64,000 nucleotides of DNA from a bacterium (GTDB lineage Archaea; Thermoplasmatota; E2; JACPAO01; JAHFTW01), in the NCBI GenBank assembly GCA_040390065.1, contig JAZJZE010000009.1, positions 506,930 to 570,929 on the forward strand. Reading direction: 5' to 3'. The translations under genes and the position numbers were made by a program. Below, piece by piece: positions 46,036-55,944 of this stretch. The notes under the pieces are model-generated. The model was not told where the DNA came from, made no database searches, and saw nothing but the letters and a program-made list of their open reading frames with translations. Positions within the stretch are counted from its first letter, which is position 1. Each line of letters starts with the position of its first letter.

Positions 46036-46581
46036 ATGGGCCTCTTCGGCCGCAAACGGAAGTTGCGTGAACGCGTCATCCGCGCCGATTACCGCAACTT
46101 GCCGGAGGAGGAGTGGACGGACGACGAGTACGACCATTGGCTGCAGTCGCTCACCGACCAGGAGTATTGGGAGTACTGGGAAGACTGGAGCAAGGAGGCC
46201 GTCGAGCATCCGACCATCAAGGGCGTCCGACGCTCGGTGCTGCAAATGGCCGCCGAATGCGCCAAGGCGAGCTACCCGCAGGAGTTCGGCTCCATGCTTC
46301 GCGTCGAGAAAGGCATCATCACAGAACTCATCCTCGTCCCCGGCACCATCCAGGGCGACCGGCACGCCATCTTCCAGTTCCAGATGCTTCCCGTCGACCG
46401 CAGCATCAACGGCACGCTGCACAGCCACCCGAGTCCGCACCCGTATCCGAGTGACGCCGACTTCGCGCTCTTCGAGAAGTATGGCTCCATCCACATCATC
46501 TACGGCCACCCCTACGGCCCGGAGGATTGGCGCTGCTACGACCACACGGGGACGCCGACGAAGCTCCGCATCCTGGACTAA
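46036..46581 (+). CDS. JAMM/MPN+ metalloprotease
   Basis: 'YPQEF' and 'GTLHSHPSPHPYPSDAD'. Confidence 0.88.
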   Translation: MGLFGRKRKLRERVIRADYRNLPEEEWTDDEYDHWLQSLTDQEYWEYWEDWSKEAVEHPTIKGVRRSVLQMAAECAKASYPQEFGSMLRVEKGIITELILVPGTIQGDRHAIFQFQMLPVDRSINGTLHSHPSPHPYPSDADFALFEKYGSIHIIYGHPYGPEDWRCYDHTGTPTKLRILD

Positions 46582-48068
46582 GTGTATCCTTCCGAGCGCG
46601 GGTCGGGCCGGACCATGTTGGACAAGAGCGAGTCGCCGATGAGCTGCTTTGCCAGCACGGGGTCGCGGTCCATGCAGGCCTTCAGGCTCGCGGCGGCCTT
46701 GGTGGCTTCACCGCGCGCCGCGTGCACGCAGGCCCACAGGTAGTCGCGTGTGGCGTCGCTCCCCCGCCAACCCTCGAGGGTCTGCGCGGCGGCCTCGCTC
46801 CGGTCGGTCAGGAGTTGCGCGACGGCGAGCTGCGTGCGCACCGCGGCGGCGTAGCGCCGCAGCCGGAGCATGCGTGGCTTGGTCGCAGCGATCACGCCCT
46901 CGTAGTCGCCCGCCTCCATGGCGAGCTTGGCAGTGGCGAGTTGCCGCAGGGTCCGCCGGTGCAGCGACCAGGCAGCGGCGGCCGCGGCGGCGACGACGAC
47001 GAGGGCGACCGTCGCCGTCGGGAGGATGGGGAACCCGGAGGGGGCGGACCCAAAGGACGCCGGCCTGCCGTCGACGGACGCGGCCGTGGGGTTGCCCTTG
47101 ACGTCCAGGAGGAAGGATCCCGCCTGCAATCCGGAGAACTCCGTGACGAAGCGCCCCTCGAGCCAGTCGCCGTCGCGCAGCGTGCGCACGCCGTCCGCCG
47201 TGGTGACCGTCCCCTGCGGCGTCTCCAGCGTGATGCGGCCGTCCACGGCTCCCGAGACGGGGCGAAGCTCCAAGCCCGTCGCGGATCCCACGGGCATGAT
47301 GGCGTCCAGCGTGGCCCCGTGCACCTCCAGGAAGATCTGGCGCTCCTCGTAGCGACCGACGGTGTCGTAGCCGCCCGCCGAAGGGACTACTGGCTGGTAT
47401 TGGTAGCCCGATGTTGCCGTGACGACGTCCCCGCCGGACGAAATCGAGACGTCCCACTCCCACAGGGTGATCGCGAAGTCACCCTCGATGCGCACGTCGC
47501 GCAGCCCGTCGTTGCCGATGGCCACGCCCGGCAAGGCCCCGGCCTCGAGCGACGGGCGGTCCGTTGGGACGCGGCGTGCCGGCTCCTTGGCGACCGCATC
47601 GGTCGGTGCCAGGTTGGCCGAGATGGCCTGCGCGTGGACCGTGGGAAGCGGACGTCCCGGCAAGGGCGCCACGAAGAACAAGAAACCTTGCCGGACTGCG
47701 CGCGTTGCCAGATGCACATCCGTGACGTCGAGGGGAGGCTCGGTGTGCCGGTCTGGGGCGCCGGCGTACGGGCTGCCCATGGCCGTCTCGACGTCTGTCT
47801 CGAGATGCAGGGTCCGGGCAGACAAGCGCAGCTGTGCCGGAGGCAGGCGTGAGGCGGGTGCTGGTTGGGGCGGGCCCAGCGGCAACGGCAGACTGACGGG
47901 CACATCCGGATCCCCGGTCGAGTGGAATGCGGACAGGGAACCATCCACGGTGACCGACCCACCCAGCGAGGCGCCGGCGACGTTGGCCTGCAGGATGGCT
48001 GGCGGACCCTCGCCCGATGCCAAGGGCAGCATGAGCACGAGGGTGAGGAGTGCGGCCTGGAAGCGCAT
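46578..48068 (-). CDS. Signal peptide + ectodomain + single TM + TPR-like protein
   Basis: Signal MRFQAALLTLVLMLPLASG; TM 'TATVALVVVAAAAAAAW'; TPR-like 'YLWACVHAARGEATKAAASLKACMDRDP'. Confidence 0.75.
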   Translation of the reverse strand: MRFQAALLTLVLMLPLASGEGPPAILQANVAGASLGGSVTVDGSLSAFHSTGDPDVPVSLPLPLGPPQPAPASRLPPAQLRLSARTLHLETDVETAMGSPYAGAPDRHTEPPLDVTDVHLATRAVRQGFLFFVAPLPGRPLPTVHAQAISANLAPTDAVAKEPARRVPTDRPSLEAGALPGVAIGNDGLRDVRIEGDFAITLWEWDVSISSGGDVVTATSGYQYQPVVPSAGGYDTVGRYEERQIFLEVHGATLDAIMPVGSATGLELRPVSGAVDGRITLETPQGTVTTADGVRTLRDGDWLEGRFVTEFSGLQAGSFLLDVKGNPTAASVDGRPASFGSAPSGFPILPTATVALVVVAAAAAAAWSLHRRTLRQLATAKLAMEAGDYEGVIAATKPRMLRLRRYAAAVRTQLAVAQLLTDRSEAAAQTLEGWRGSDATRDYLWACVHAARGEATKAAASLKACMDRDPVLAKQLIGDSLLSNMVRPDPRSEGYT

Positions 48069-48069
48069 G

Positions 48070-48591
48070 CTACACCGGAAGCGGGAACAGGCAGGACACA
48101 TGGACGTCGTAGTACGGCGGCGACGTGTAGACGCTTGCAACACTGCAGTGGGGGTAATTGTCGACATCCTTGTTCGTGACGGGGAGAGACGGGATGCTTT
48201 CCGAGGGCGCGGCGCTGCCGTACGTCGCCGTCACGAAGTAGACGTAGGTGTCCGCGTCGTCGGCCCACGCATCGTGGACGGAAGTGCGCGCCGGGTTGAG
48301 CTGGATGGATATCGTCTGGCCCTCCTGGTCCGGCCCGGGGACTCGGTAGACGGTGTATCCTGTCAGCGGCAGTCCGCCGACGTTGCTTGGCGGGTCCCAA
48401 CTCACGCGGTAGCCGGCGTTGGCCGCCGTGATGGTGACGTTCTGCGGCGCGTCCAGCGATTGGCCGCCGTAGGCGTCGATCGTGTACCCATCCGAGTCGT
48501 CGACGGAGATGGACAGGTCGGCCGTCGCGGTGGGAGCCGCCAAGAGCGACACGACCAAGGCGAGGGGTGCAAAGACGGCAAATCGGCGCAT
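48070..48591 (-). CDS. Secreted fibronectin type III domain protein
   Basis: 'DAPQNVT...VSWDPPSNVGGLPLTGYTVYR...TYVYFVTA...ESIPS'. Confidence 0.82.
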   Translation of the reverse strand: MRRFAVFAPLALVVSLLAAPTATADLSISVDDSDGYTIDAYGGQSLDAPQNVTITAANAGYRVSWDPPSNVGGLPLTGYTVYRVPGPDQEGQTISIQLNPARTSVHDAWADDADTYVYFVTATYGSAAPSESIPSLPVTNKDVDNYPHCSVASVYTSPPYYDVHVSCLFPLPV

Positions 48592-48732
48592 GACACATCA
48601 CCCAGATGGAGCGGCTGGAGGAGCAGGTCGGTGGTATATGACGCGATGCTCCGCGGCAGCGTCCATGGGGGGAAACCACGAGCAAGCATTTTTGTGTCTG
48701 AAGGCAGTGTCCCTGGCCACGGGTCGGCCGCC

Positions 48733-49215
48733 GTGACACGCCTTGACGAGACGAACGTCCAGCTTCTGCTGCTCCTTCAGAAGGACGGCCGCATGAGCGT
48801 TGCTGACCTTGCCACGGCCGTCGGCCGCTCCGAATCGACGGTCCGAGAGCGCATGGGTTCGCTGGAGCGCGAAGGCTTGCTGCGCGGCTACCACGCGGAC
48901 ATCGACTGGTCACGCGCCGGCCTCCCCGCAAGCGTCGTCCTGCACGCCCGCTGCGACCCGGCCAAACTGCCGGAACTCCGGCGCCGCCTTGCCAGCCTGC
49001 CCAACGTGACGGCGGCCTCCGTCGTCACTGGGGACCGCCCGCTCATGGCCCACCTCCAGGTGCGCGACATGCAGCACCTCCGGGAAATCCTGCAACGCAG
49101 CCTGCCGGACCTGGTTGCGCCCGAGGCCCGAGTCGTGCTCGAGTCGCTCGTCGACTGGCGCCCACCCACCGTGCCCGGCGCCGGCGCCGACCTCGACCCT
49201 CCAAGCCGCGGGTAG
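48733..49215 (+). CDS. Lrp/AsnC-family regulator
   Basis: 'LDETNVQLLLLLQKDGRMSVADLA...SESTVRERMGSLEREGLLRGY', 'VTGD'. Confidence 0.92.
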   Translation: MTRLDETNVQLLLLLQKDGRMSVADLATAVGRSESTVRERMGSLEREGLLRGYHADIDWSRAGLPASVVLHARCDPAKLPELRRRLASLPNVTAASVVTGDRPLMAHLQVRDMQHLREILQRSLPDLVAPEARVVLESLVDWRPPTVPGAGADLDPPSRG

Positions 49216-49230
49216 CCAGGCGGCGTCGCG

Positions 49231-50223
49231 TTGGGACAGGCTTGGGAACCTTGGGCGGCGGCCGCGTTCGCCCCGATTGCCGTATGGGTCCTGTGGCGGT
49301 TGCAGATCCTGTCCGTCGAGCTGCTTCGCTGGCGCCTCGTCAAACTGGCCGGCTGGCGCGGCACCCGCTGGCTCTACTCCATCGTGTCCTGGTTCGGCGT
49401 CTTCCTGCACGAGCTCAGCCACGCAAGCGTCCTACTCTTGTCCGGCCACGGCGTGAAGCAGTTCCGCGCCGGCGTCGAGCAGGGCCATGTCCTTCCGACG
49501 CGCATGCGGCGCGGGCCCATCGCGTTCCTGTCCTTCCTCCTGGCTGCGCTGGCGCCGCTCTTCATCCCGCCCGCCCTCGTCCTGGGAGGCCTCCTGCTCC
49601 TGGTGGACCCCAACCTGCTTGGGCTCCAAGACGGCGGGGCGGGCCTGCAAGGGGCCGTCGACGTGCTGCGCCATGAGTTCGTGGACTTCCCGGCAGCGCT
49701 GGCGCGCGCGCTCGCCGGCCTCGACCTGGCCGCGTGGCCGCAAGCGGTGGTCTTCGCCCTCGTGCTCGTTGGGATGCCCTCTTCGCGCCCCAGCCACATC
49801 AAGGGCAGCCGGTTCCACGGCACCTCCGACGAAGGCGACGTGGCCGTCTTGCGCTCGCGCATCCGGCAGAACCCCTTCATCTTCATCGCCTTCCTTGCGG
49901 TCCTGTACGCGGCATATTTTGCGGCGACGGCCGTCGCCGCTGCAAGCCGGCCGTACTGGTTCGCGTTCGAGGTGCTCTGGGCCATCGCGCTCACCGGCAT
50001 CGTCCTGGCGGTCGCCGGCGCCGTCTGGTGGACGCTCACGGGCCTGATGGCGCGCACCATCGCGCCGTTCGGTTGGCTAGGCCCCCTCGCGTTTGTGGCC
50101 TCCCAGGTCGTCCTGCGCGCACCGCACACGCTGTCCGTGGTGCAGGTCAACGGCCTCAGCGTCGCCATCTGGGCCGGCGTGGCCCTGGCCCTCCTCGTGC
50201 TCTTGCCACGCCGCCGCGGCTGA
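49231..50223 (+). CDS. Membrane metallopeptidase (M50-like)
   Basis: 'GVFLHELSHA' within a multi-TM protein. Confidence 0.7.
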   Translation: MGQAWEPWAAAAFAPIAVWVLWRLQILSVELLRWRLVKLAGWRGTRWLYSIVSWFGVFLHELSHASVLLLSGHGVKQFRAGVEQGHVLPTRMRRGPIAFLSFLLAALAPLFIPPALVLGGLLLLVDPNLLGLQDGGAGLQGAVDVLRHEFVDFPAALARALAGLDLAAWPQAVVFALVLVGMPSSRPSHIKGSRFHGTSDEGDVAVLRSRIRQNPFIFIAFLAVLYAAYFAATAVAAASRPYWFAFEVLWAIALTGIVLAVAGAVWWTLTGLMARTIAPFGWLGPLAFVASQVVLRAPHTLSVVQVNGLSVAIWAGVALALLVLLPRRRG

Positions 50224-50267
50224 AGCGGTTGCAAGGCCTTATTCCGCCAACACCGGTGGACTTCCTG

Positions 50268-51035
50268 ATGGCAGGGCCGCCACTCTTGCCGGGTGAGCAC
50301 GAGGAGTTGCGGTTGCGCCCTGCCGCCGCTGGCTGGCTCGGTCGTTACGCCCAGGCGCTGGTTCCGGCAGTCGGCGGCTTGGCGTTCTGGGCCCTCGCGG
50401 CGTGGCGCGGTGTCTGGGAGAACCCGCAGGCCAGCGCCCCCGACTGGCAGTTCTGGCTGCATTTCTGGGGCGACGACCAAGCGCTCGCATTCTACGTCGT
50501 CCTCGCCCTCGTGGCGTTCTGTATCGTGCATTACCTCCTGCGGCGACGCGTGCGCGCCTTCATCGTGGGCACCGCGGCGCTCCTTGCCATCATGGCGGGC
50601 TCCTCCATCTTCCGTGGCCTGCACATGCCGACGAGCACGGCGCTGCCCATCCTTCTGGCCTGCCTGTCTTTGCCGGCGCTTGCCTGGGCAGAATGGCGTC
50701 GCCGCAACACGTGGTACCTGTTCACCAACCTGCGCTTTGTCGTGCGCACGACGGGCCCGCTGCGGCGCGAGGAGTCGGTGCGCCACCAGGACCTCGTCGA
50801 CTTGCAGGCCCGCCCCGGCATGGGCGACGTGGGCGCCCTGGTCCCGGTCCTCGGCCGCGACGCCGCCGCCTCGGGCGCCGCGGCCCCCCGCCTGCAGGGG
50901 ATCCGGCCCTTCGCCCGTCTCAAGCCGTTTGCCGAACTCCTCGTGCAGCGCGCCACCGCAGGCGACTACCTGCGCGCCGAGGAACGGCTCGACCAACGCA
51001 TCGCCGAAGCCCGCTCCGCGCTGCAACGGCGCTAG
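50268..51035 (+). CDS. Membrane protein with PH-like C-terminal domain
   Basis: 'LLPGEHEELRLRP', 4 TMs, 'TWYLFTNLRFVV...GDVG'. Confidence 0.6.
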   Translation: MAGPPLLPGEHEELRLRPAAAGWLGRYAQALVPAVGGLAFWALAAWRGVWENPQASAPDWQFWLHFWGDDQALAFYVVLALVAFCIVHYLLRRRVRAFIVGTAALLAIMAGSSIFRGLHMPTSTALPILLACLSLPALAWAEWRRRNTWYLFTNLRFVVRTTGPLRREESVRHQDLVDLQARPGMGDVGALVPVLGRDAAASGAAAPRLQGIRPFARLKPFAELLVQRATAGDYLRAEERLDQRIAEARSALQRR

Positions 51036-51086
51036 CGCATGCCCCCGGAGGCAAACCCTAAGTGGGGCATCGGAGTCAAGCCACCC

Positions 51087-51401
51087 GTGCCCTTCTGTCC
51101 GAACTGCAAGAAGCTGGTCTACCCGGTAGCCGGCAAACTGCAGTGCAAGAACCCTGCCTGCGGCTGGACGTCGGAAGGCCCCGGGGCGAGCAACATCCAC
51201 CGCACCGAGTCCAACGAGGGCAAGCGCCGTGTCGTCTTGGAGGAGAAGGTCGAGGCCCGCCCGGAGCAGGTGACGACGTGCCCGAAGTGCCAGCACGACA
51301 AGGCGTACTTCCACCTCATGCAGACGCGGCGCTCCGACGAACCGCCCACGCAGATCAACGAGTGCACCAAGTGCGGGCACTCCTGGCGCGACTACGGATG
51401 A
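51087..51401 (+). CDS. tfs: Transcription factor S
   Basis: 'FCPNC' Zn ribbon and 'CPKC...MQTRRSDEPPT...CTKCGHSWRDY'. Confidence 0.93.
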   Translation: MPFCPNCKKLVYPVAGKLQCKNPACGWTSEGPGASNIHRTESNEGKRRVVLEEKVEARPEQVTTCPKCQHDKAYFHLMQTRRSDEPPTQINECTKCGHSWRDYG

Positions 51402-51415
51402 CCCAAGGCCGCACT

Positions 51416-51961
51416 TCAGCGTGAACGCCGCGTGACGCGGCGCGTCGTGGTATGCGTCCGGCGCACGCCCCGCACCGGCCGACGCGAGATGCTCTTGGTC
51501 TTGCGGGTCACGACCTGCTTGCGTCCGCTCGACGTGCGCTGCACGACGGAATCCGTGCGCACGGTGCCTTGGACGATGGAGCCGTCGGGCTGCCTAAGCG
51601 CCGAGCGGGCGATGCCGGTGTATTGCGTGGTGCCAGGCGCGACGGGCGGCAACGTGACGGCCGTCGGCTGCTCCGCTGCGGGCGCTTCCGTCTCGGCCTG
51701 TGCCGTGTAGACCCGGCGGCGCGCCGGCCGCGCGGACGGCCGGTAGGTCTCGACAACGGTCACGCTTGCCGGCGTCGCCCTTTGCGTGTGCCGCTGGTTG
51801 GCGGAACGGGCCGTCAGCAGCAGGGCCGCCACGATGACGAGGCCGACGCCACCAAGGATGTACGGCGCCCATGCGAGACCGGTTTGCATGGCCACGAGGA
51901 CCACCGCCACGGCGACGAGGGCGATGCCGAAGAACCAGAGGACACCGCGCGCAAAGCTCAT
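51416..51961 (-). CDS. Two-TM membrane protein with Arg/Thr-rich tail
   Basis: Two N-terminal hydrophobic helices; basic C-terminus. Confidence 0.6.
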   Translation of the reverse strand: MSFARGVLWFFGIALVAVAVVLVAMQTGLAWAPYILGGVGLVIVAALLLTARSANQRHTQRATPASVTVVETYRPSARPARRRVYTAQAETEAPAAEQPTAVTLPPVAPGTTQYTGIARSALRQPDGSIVQGTVRTDSVVQRTSSGRKQVVTRKTKSISRRPVRGVRRTHTTTRRVTRRSR

Positions 51962-52014
51962 GATGGACCCTCGGCGCGCTGCGTTTAATGCGTTTTCCCC
52001 GCGTCGCGGCCGAC

Positions 52015-52450
52015 CTATACGTCGCTTGCGGCCGCGGCAGGCATGGCCGGCGCCGTCGCGGCGGTGGCGGGCACCACGGACAGGCCGTCGCCATCCTCGA
52101 CGCGCACCAGTCCGCTTTGCTCCGGCCGCCGGACGTGGTAATGCGCAGCGCCGTACGTGAGGCCGACCCGGGCTGCGATTTCGCCGAGCCTTGCGCCTCG
52201 AGGCCGTTTCATAACTGCCAGGGTGCCTGCGTCATTTTCCGGCCTTCGCAATCCCGTTGCGGGCGGCCGCCGGCGGGCCGGCAGCCCGCCAAGGCCGCCC
52301 GCGACGGGAGTGTGTGGCCGGAAAATGACCCGGAGGGCGCGCCGCTTTACGGCGGATGGCGTCGTCGGAATTGCCTCGGCGTGGCGGTGCCACGTGGTCG
52401 GCAACTCCTCCTAGCCCTCCTTGCAAACCGGCGCGCGCAGGCTTCCTGGA
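52015..52450 (-). pseudogene. Degraded winged-helix regulator remnant
   Basis: 'GARLGEIAARVGLTYGAAHYHVRRPEQSGLV' HTH fragment with a helix-breaking Pro and no coherent upstream frame. Confidence 0.4.
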
Positions 52451-52698
52451 AGTTATGAAACAGCCTCTACTGTCGCGACGGGGACGACCGCCAGCCTCAG
52501 GGTTGCAAGGGCACAGAGGGCCAGGGTCGCACGGACCATGGAACTGAACCATCCGAATGCGATTCTAAAGGAGTTTGGTCATCCCCTGAGTCGCCCAGCT
52601 TGCCCGCGCGGGCCACGGCCTCCATGTGAAACCATCCCTCGCCTGTTGCTTACGCTTAAGTCCGAACCTCCTTTGGCTCGGCCAATCCCGGTGCGTTC

Positions 52699-53436
52699 AT
52701 GTTCAAGGCCAAGGTCAAAGTCGAAGTCCTCACCACCGTTCTCAATGCCGTGTCGACGTTGGTGGACGAGGCCAAGATCCAGTTGACGCCGGAAGGCCTG
52801 AACCTGAAGGCCGTCGACCCCGCCCACGTCGCCATGGTCGACCTCAGCCTTGGCAAGAAGGCCTTCGCCGAGTACAAGGCGACGGACATGGACATCGGCG
52901 TCGACCTCGACAAGCTGAAGGACATCCTCAAGCTCGCCGGCGGCCAGGACACCATCGACATCGAGTACAAGGAAGACGCGCACAAGCTGGTCTTCAAGAT
53001 CGGCCACGTCACGCGCCGCATGTCGCTCGTCGACACGGCCAACATCAACGACCCGAAAGTGCCAAACCTCAACCTGCCCAACCAAGTCACGGTCCTGGCC
53101 CGCGAACTGAAGAACGGCATCCGCGCCTCGGAGGCCGTCTCCGACCACATCGCCCTCGTGGCGCACGGCAAGTCGTTCGAGCTCCTCGCCGAAGGCGACA
53201 CGGACCAGGTTCACCTCAAGCTCGAGGGCGACGATATCATCAAGATCCAGGCGCCGGACAAGTCGCGCAGCCTCTTCTCGCTCGATTACTTCAGCAACAT
53301 GGCGAAGGTCGTCGGCGACGCAAGCGCCATCACGCTGCACCTCGGCTCCGACTACCCCGTCCGCATCGAGTTCGACATCGCGGACGGGGCGGGACACATC
53401 GTGTACCTTCTGGCGCCGCGTATCGAGAGCGAATAG
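52699..53436 (+). CDS. pcn: DNA polymerase sliding clamp PCNA
   Basis: 'AVDPAHVAMVDL', 'IGVDLDKL', 'SLFSLDY', 'YLLAPRIE'. Confidence 0.98.
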   Translation: MFKAKVKVEVLTTVLNAVSTLVDEAKIQLTPEGLNLKAVDPAHVAMVDLSLGKKAFAEYKATDMDIGVDLDKLKDILKLAGGQDTIDIEYKEDAHKLVFKIGHVTRRMSLVDTANINDPKVPNLNLPNQVTVLARELKNGIRASEAVSDHIALVAHGKSFELLAEGDTDQVHLKLEGDDIIKIQAPDKSRSLFSLDYFSNMAKVVGDASAITLHLGSDYPVRIEFDIADGAGHIVYLLAPRIESE

Positions 53437-53438
53437 GC

Positions 53439-53822
53439 ATGCGGGCCGCCGCGGGGCTCTGCGTCGTCGCCGCCCTGCTTGTCGCCGGTTGCTCGGGCGG
53501 CAGTTCGCCGACCCTGGACCGCACCTTGCCGGGCGCGGCCCACATTTCCGGCTCCGGGTTCTCAACGAATGTCCAGACGGACCATGTCCAGTGCGCCGCC
53601 CACGGGCACATGGATGTCCATACCAACGGTTTCGGCACCTTGACCGTGGATTTGCGCGACGCATCCGGTCGCTTGGTCTTCACGGTCACGACCGTAAATC
53701 AAGGCGAGACGACCCGTCACGAGGACGTCAACGGCACGGCCGGAGTCTGGACGCTGACGGTCGACCCGGGCGCGCCCCACTACCAGGGCGACTTCGACGT
53801 CAAGCTCGACTGCAAGGTCTAA
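53439..53822 (+). CDS. Small lipoprotein, tandem paralog A
   Basis: LVAGC lipobox; 'C...DASG...GTAGVW...GDFDVKLDC'. Confidence 0.75.
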   Translation: MRAAAGLCVVAALLVAGCSGGSSPTLDRTLPGAAHISGSGFSTNVQTDHVQCAAHGHMDVHTNGFGTLTVDLRDASGRLVFTVTTVNQGETTRHEDVNGTAGVWTLTVDPGAPHYQGDFDVKLDCKV

Positions 53823-53872
53823 GCGGCACGCCGGCCCCCTAGATTCATGAGGCCTCTCACGATGGCGAGGAC

Positions 53873-54283
53873 GTGCGCGCCCTGGCGACCCTGCTCGTGC
53901 TATTGTCCGTTGCCGCCTTCACGTCGGGCTGCGCCTCCCCACAACCCGAGAACCTCTCCGGCCACTACGCCTACATCGACTGGAACGAATCGACCCAGTC
54001 GTGCACCAACAACAATTGTGATTACGGCACGAACAACCGCGTCCTCACCTACAACGTGACCTGCGGACCCGACCCTATCCTCAGTTGGGACCTCAAGAAC
54101 TGGATCCACGGCTCCATGGTCGTGCGCGTCCTCGACCCGACCGGCGCGCAGGCGGACAAGCGGACGTTGTCCAGCAACAGCCACGGCTCCGCGCCCATGC
54201 ACGGCCCGGGAGGTGCGTGGACTCTGGAAGGCACGAGCCACGACGCCAACGGCAACTTGCAGGTCCGGCTGACCTGCGCGTAG
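53873..54283 (+). CDS. Small lipoprotein, tandem paralog B
   Basis: FTSGC lipobox; 'C...DPTG...GPGGAW...GNLQVRLTC'. Confidence 0.75.
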   Translation: MRALATLLVLLSVAAFTSGCASPQPENLSGHYAYIDWNESTQSCTNNNCDYGTNNRVLTYNVTCGPDPILSWDLKNWIHGSMVVRVLDPTGAQADKRTLSSNSHGSAPMHGPGGAWTLEGTSHDANGNLQVRLTCA

Positions 54284-54314
54284 GTTCAAGAGACCCTCTC
54301 ATGATGAGCGGGGC

Positions 54315-54692
54315 ATGCGTGTCGCGGTCGTCGCCATCGTCGTCCTCCTGGCCGGTTGCTCGGCGCCCCTCCGGCTGCGCATCGACGTCCATGACTCCTA
54401 CGGTGGCACGACGACGATCAACGGCGACGTCCGCTACAACCCGACGGGCCACCAGCAGGACTACACGGCCTCGTGTGGCGGCACCGGCCACCTCAAGGTC
54501 GGCCTGTCCGAGTACCATCTGGGCGGAGCCGCGTTCGTGGCCAAGGACGCCGGCGGCATCGTCCTCGCGGAGATTCACCTCAACCAGGTGGACTCGCAGG
54601 AGCGCGACATCTCCGGCGGAGCGGGGATGTGGCTGGTCCACGTGGGCCTGGACCGCTTCAACGGCGCCTTCGACTTGCAACTCTCCTGTTGA
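54315..54692 (+). CDS. Small lipoprotein, tandem paralog C
   Basis: LLAGC lipobox; 'C...DAGG...GGAGMW...GAFDLQLSC'. Confidence 0.75.
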   Translation: MRVAVVAIVVLLAGCSAPLRLRIDVHDSYGGTTTINGDVRYNPTGHQQDYTASCGGTGHLKVGLSEYHLGGAAFVAKDAGGIVLAEIHLNQVDSQERDISGGAGMWLVHVGLDRFNGAFDLQLSC

Positions 54693-54733
54693 CCCCCCCA
54701 AAGTCTGAAGGGGAAAGCCGGCGTGGCCCAAGC

Positions 54734-55861
54734 GTGGCCGACCTGGTCCGCCTGGCATTCTACCCGTTCCTGCCGGAGGTGCGGGACGCGGTGCGCGAGG
54801 CCGGACCTGACCTGGATGCGGTGCTTCGTTCGCCCCTGTACCAGGGTGTGCGCAGCCGGGCGGTGCAGCGCGTCGAGGGCGCGCTCGGCGACGGCTTTGG
54901 CCCGGCTCAGGTCGTCGACGAACGGACCGGGCTCCTCGAACTCCTCTCCATCCCGGTCGCGCGCATGCTCATCGTCCTGCTCGGCGAGAAAGGCGTCGTG
55001 CCGCGCTACGCCGCCGCCGAAGCCCGCCTCGTGCATGACCGCATCGTCGCCGACCACGACGACGAAGCCGTCGTGCAGGCCGCCGCCGCCCTCGGCATCC
55101 CGGCCGAGGGAACAGACTCCGTATGGCGGATGCACTTCTCGGCCTACATCCGCCTGGCTCCCGTGCACTTGCCGCAATGGAAGCTGCTGCGGCGGCCCGT
55201 GCAGGCCGGCAACGTGTGGCTGGACCGCAGTGACATGGCGAGACTCATCGAGGAGGCCTTGAAGCGCCGCATCGCGGACGACCTCGATGCAGAGCGGGCC
55301 AAGCCGCTGCCGGAGGAGGTCAAGGCCGCCCTCGCCCCGTTGGTCGAGCGACTTGCTCCGCGGCTCGAGGAAGCGCGCGAAGCGTGGAGCCAAGGCGACT
55401 TCGGTCCCGTCAAGCCCGAGTTGTTCCCGCCGTGCATCAAGGAGATTTTCGAGTCCCTGAAGCGCAGCGAGAACGTGCCGCACCACGGCCGCTTCGCCTT
55501 CGCCACCTTCCTGCACACCGTTGGCTGGAACTCCGAGGCCATCCTGGATTACCTTGCATCGACGCCGAACTTCGACCGCGAGAAGTCACGCTACCAGATC
55601 GAGCACGTGACGGGCGGCAAATCCGTGCAGGCGTACACGCCACCCGGCTGCGGCACGATGCAGACGAACGGCGTCTGCCCCCTGGCCAAGCGTGACGGCT
55701 TGTGCTTCAAGATCAAGCATCCGCTCAGCTACTACCGGGCGCAACTCAAGTTCAGGGCGCGTGACGAGGAGAAGGCGGCGGCGATTCTGGCTGCGACGAC
55801 CCCGTCACAACCGCCGATACCGCCGATGACGCCGAACGCCGCCTCGGAGGTTAGGCCGTGA
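54734..55861 (+). CDS. priL: DNA primase large subunit
   Basis: 'YPFL', 'FPPCI', 'VPHHGRF', 'YQIEH', Fe-S Cys 'PGCGTM...GVC...C..IKHPLSYY'. Confidence 0.95.
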   Translation: MADLVRLAFYPFLPEVRDAVREAGPDLDAVLRSPLYQGVRSRAVQRVEGALGDGFGPAQVVDERTGLLELLSIPVARMLIVLLGEKGVVPRYAAAEARLVHDRIVADHDDEAVVQAAAALGIPAEGTDSVWRMHFSAYIRLAPVHLPQWKLLRRPVQAGNVWLDRSDMARLIEEALKRRIADDLDAERAKPLPEEVKAALAPLVERLAPRLEEAREAWSQGDFGPVKPELFPPCIKEIFESLKRSENVPHHGRFAFATFLHTVGWNSEAILDYLASTPNFDREKSRYQIEHVTGGKSVQAYTPPGCGTMQTNGVCPLAKRDGLCFKIKHPLSYYRAQLKFRARDEEKAAAILAATTPSQPPIPPMTPNAASEVRP

Positions 55862-55874
55862 CGCCGACGGAACG

Positions 55875-55944
55875 AACCACTGAAACCACTGAACGCACTG
55901 AAACGCCGGACGGTAGTTCAGTGGGTTCAGTGAGCTCAGTGGTT
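55875..55944. repeat. 9-nt-periodic hairpin
   Basis: aaccactgaaaccactgaacgcactgaa / ttcagtgggttcagtgagctcagtggtt (24/28 paired); a degenerate second copy at ~55988-56046. Confidence 0.8.
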
